From NCBI GenBank assembly GCA_963745835.1, contig CAVUZH010000014.1, positions 416,001-480,000 of the forward strand: DNA of 64,000 bases. Reading direction: 5' to 3'. The position numbers were made by a program, and so were the translations under genes. Shown one piece after another: positions 63,063-64,000 of the stretch; positions within the stretch are counted from its first letter, which is position 1, and each line of letters starts with the position of its first letter. The notes below the pieces were generated by a model that saw only the letters and a program-made list of their open reading frames with translations, was not told the origin of the DNA and searched no databases. This DNA is from an uncultured delta proteobacterium. Its GTDB lineage: Bacteria; Desulfobacterota; Binatia; UBA9968.

Positions 63063-63191
63063 CGTGATCTTGCCAATCGGATGCGCCGGGATTCGAACCG
63101 GCCTGTCCGGAGTATTCGGCACTTGAATCCGAACGCCGAGTCCGTATATTGAACGGAAAATTTTGCTCCACCCGAGAAAGGCTGAAGAGAA

Positions 63192-63497
63192 ATGGCTAAT
63201 TTTGTCAAAGTCTGCAGGGCCGAGGATATCAAAGCCGGTTGTGCCAGGAGCCTTGAAGTTAACGGTAAGTCAATTGGCGTCTACAATGTCGACGGCAAGT
63301 TTTATGCGATCAATGACATTTGCGGTCATCGCGGCGGACCGTTAGCCGAAGGCGAACTGGATGGCACCACGGTGATCTGTCCTTGGCATGGCTGGCGCTA
63401 CAATGTCACCACCGGTGAAAACGAATTGCTACCGGCATTGCCGATTGAAAAATATGAAGTAAAAGTTGAAGGCGATGACGTGCTGGTGGACGTTTAA
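63192..63497 (+). CDS. Rieske-type ferredoxin
   Basis: CGHRGGPL...CPWHGWRY. Confidence 0.95.
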   Translation: MANFVKVCRAEDIKAGCARSLEVNGKSIGVYNVDGKFYAINDICGHRGGPLAEGELDGTTVICPWHGWRYNVTTGENELLPALPIEKYEVKVEGDDVLVDV

Positions 63498-63517
63498 GAA
63501 AACCACGCGAATCAAAC

Positions 63518-63553
63518 AAGGCCCGCTGCCATCGTTGATGGAGCGGGCCTTTT
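63518..63553. terminator. Intrinsic terminator between convergent genes
   Basis: AAGGCCCGCT.CCATC-GTT-GATGG.AGCGGGCCTTTT. Confidence 0.75.
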
Positions 63554-63567
63554 GTTAAATATCCTTC

Positions 63568-64000
63568 CTAGCTTTGATTGATTTTGTCGAGCTCATTAAA
63601 CAGATCGGAATTTTCCGGAACGCCCTTGTCGTACTCTTTGGCGAATCGAATCGTCCCCTGTTTGTCGATAATGAAGACCGCGCGCTTCGGCATCCCCTGC
63701 GGTCGCAAACAGTCATATTGAGCGCACACTGCGCCATGAGGCCAGAAGTCCGACAGCATCGGGAAGTTGATGCCACCCATTCTTTCGGCAAATACTTTGT
63801 GAGAGAAAACGGAATCGACACTTACGCTCAGAACCTGAGCGTCGCGGGCTTCGAATTCCTTGCGGTCTTTTTCGAAGCTGCTTAGCTCACGCTCTCACCC
63901 GCCGGTGAAATCCAGAGGATAGAAGGCCAACACTACGTTCTTGCTGCCCTGGTAATCCTTGAGTGATACATTATGTTCGCGTGAAATGGGCAGGGTGAAT
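63568..64000 (-). CDS. AhpE/AhpC-like peroxiredoxin selenoprotein, 5' end beyond window
   Basis: KNVVLAFYPLDFTGG-TGA(63897-63895)-ERELSSFE...VLSVSVDSVFSHKVFAE in frame with MGGINFPMLSDFWPHG...KRAVFIIDKQG. Confidence 0.88.

Noticed and set aside
1-64000. Genome-wide UGA reassignment (code 4 or 25) as explanation of in-frame TGAs
   Set aside because: TGA is the true stop of several full-length genes (5383, 27264, 52125), Trp is encoded by TGG, and the in-frame TGAs occur only at catalytic Cys positions

Overview
Bacterial window of about 50-55% GC; the gene style suggests a Deltaproteobacteria-like or Ca. Binatia lineage (inference). (1) 1-6.6 kb is a stress/signalling block: histidine kinase, broken comA, two USPs and an integrase remnant. 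(2) About 6.67-43.28 kb is a ~36.6 kb genomic island integrated at tRNA-Arg(UCG), with a 46-bp att duplication, a tyrosine integrase, matching arm-type repeats, phage-packaging remnants, orphan ABC substrate-binding proteins, orphan receivers and repeated small-protein and structured-DNA units. (3) 43.3-64 kb is core-like: LysM protein, cysS, a UbiD plus two Mo-hydroxylase operon, cytochrome c', a Tat transglutaminase and a redox/selenium cluster. The strongest signal is three peroxiredoxin genes that the ORF track splits, each with an in-frame TGA exactly at the peroxidatic-Cys codon (41187, 58491, 63895) and a downstream hairpin carrying the same GGUUC tip (candidate SECIS). A Cys-encoding paralog 2 kb from one of them lacks the GGUUC through synonymous changes. 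The Cys/Sec pair flanks a fungal-Egt1-like sulfoxide synthase downstream of a CysL-like LysR regulator, a candidate selenium-responsive antioxidant or selenometabolite module. Many single-base frameshifts, several in homopolymers, suggest sequencing indels, so pseudogene calls are tentative.
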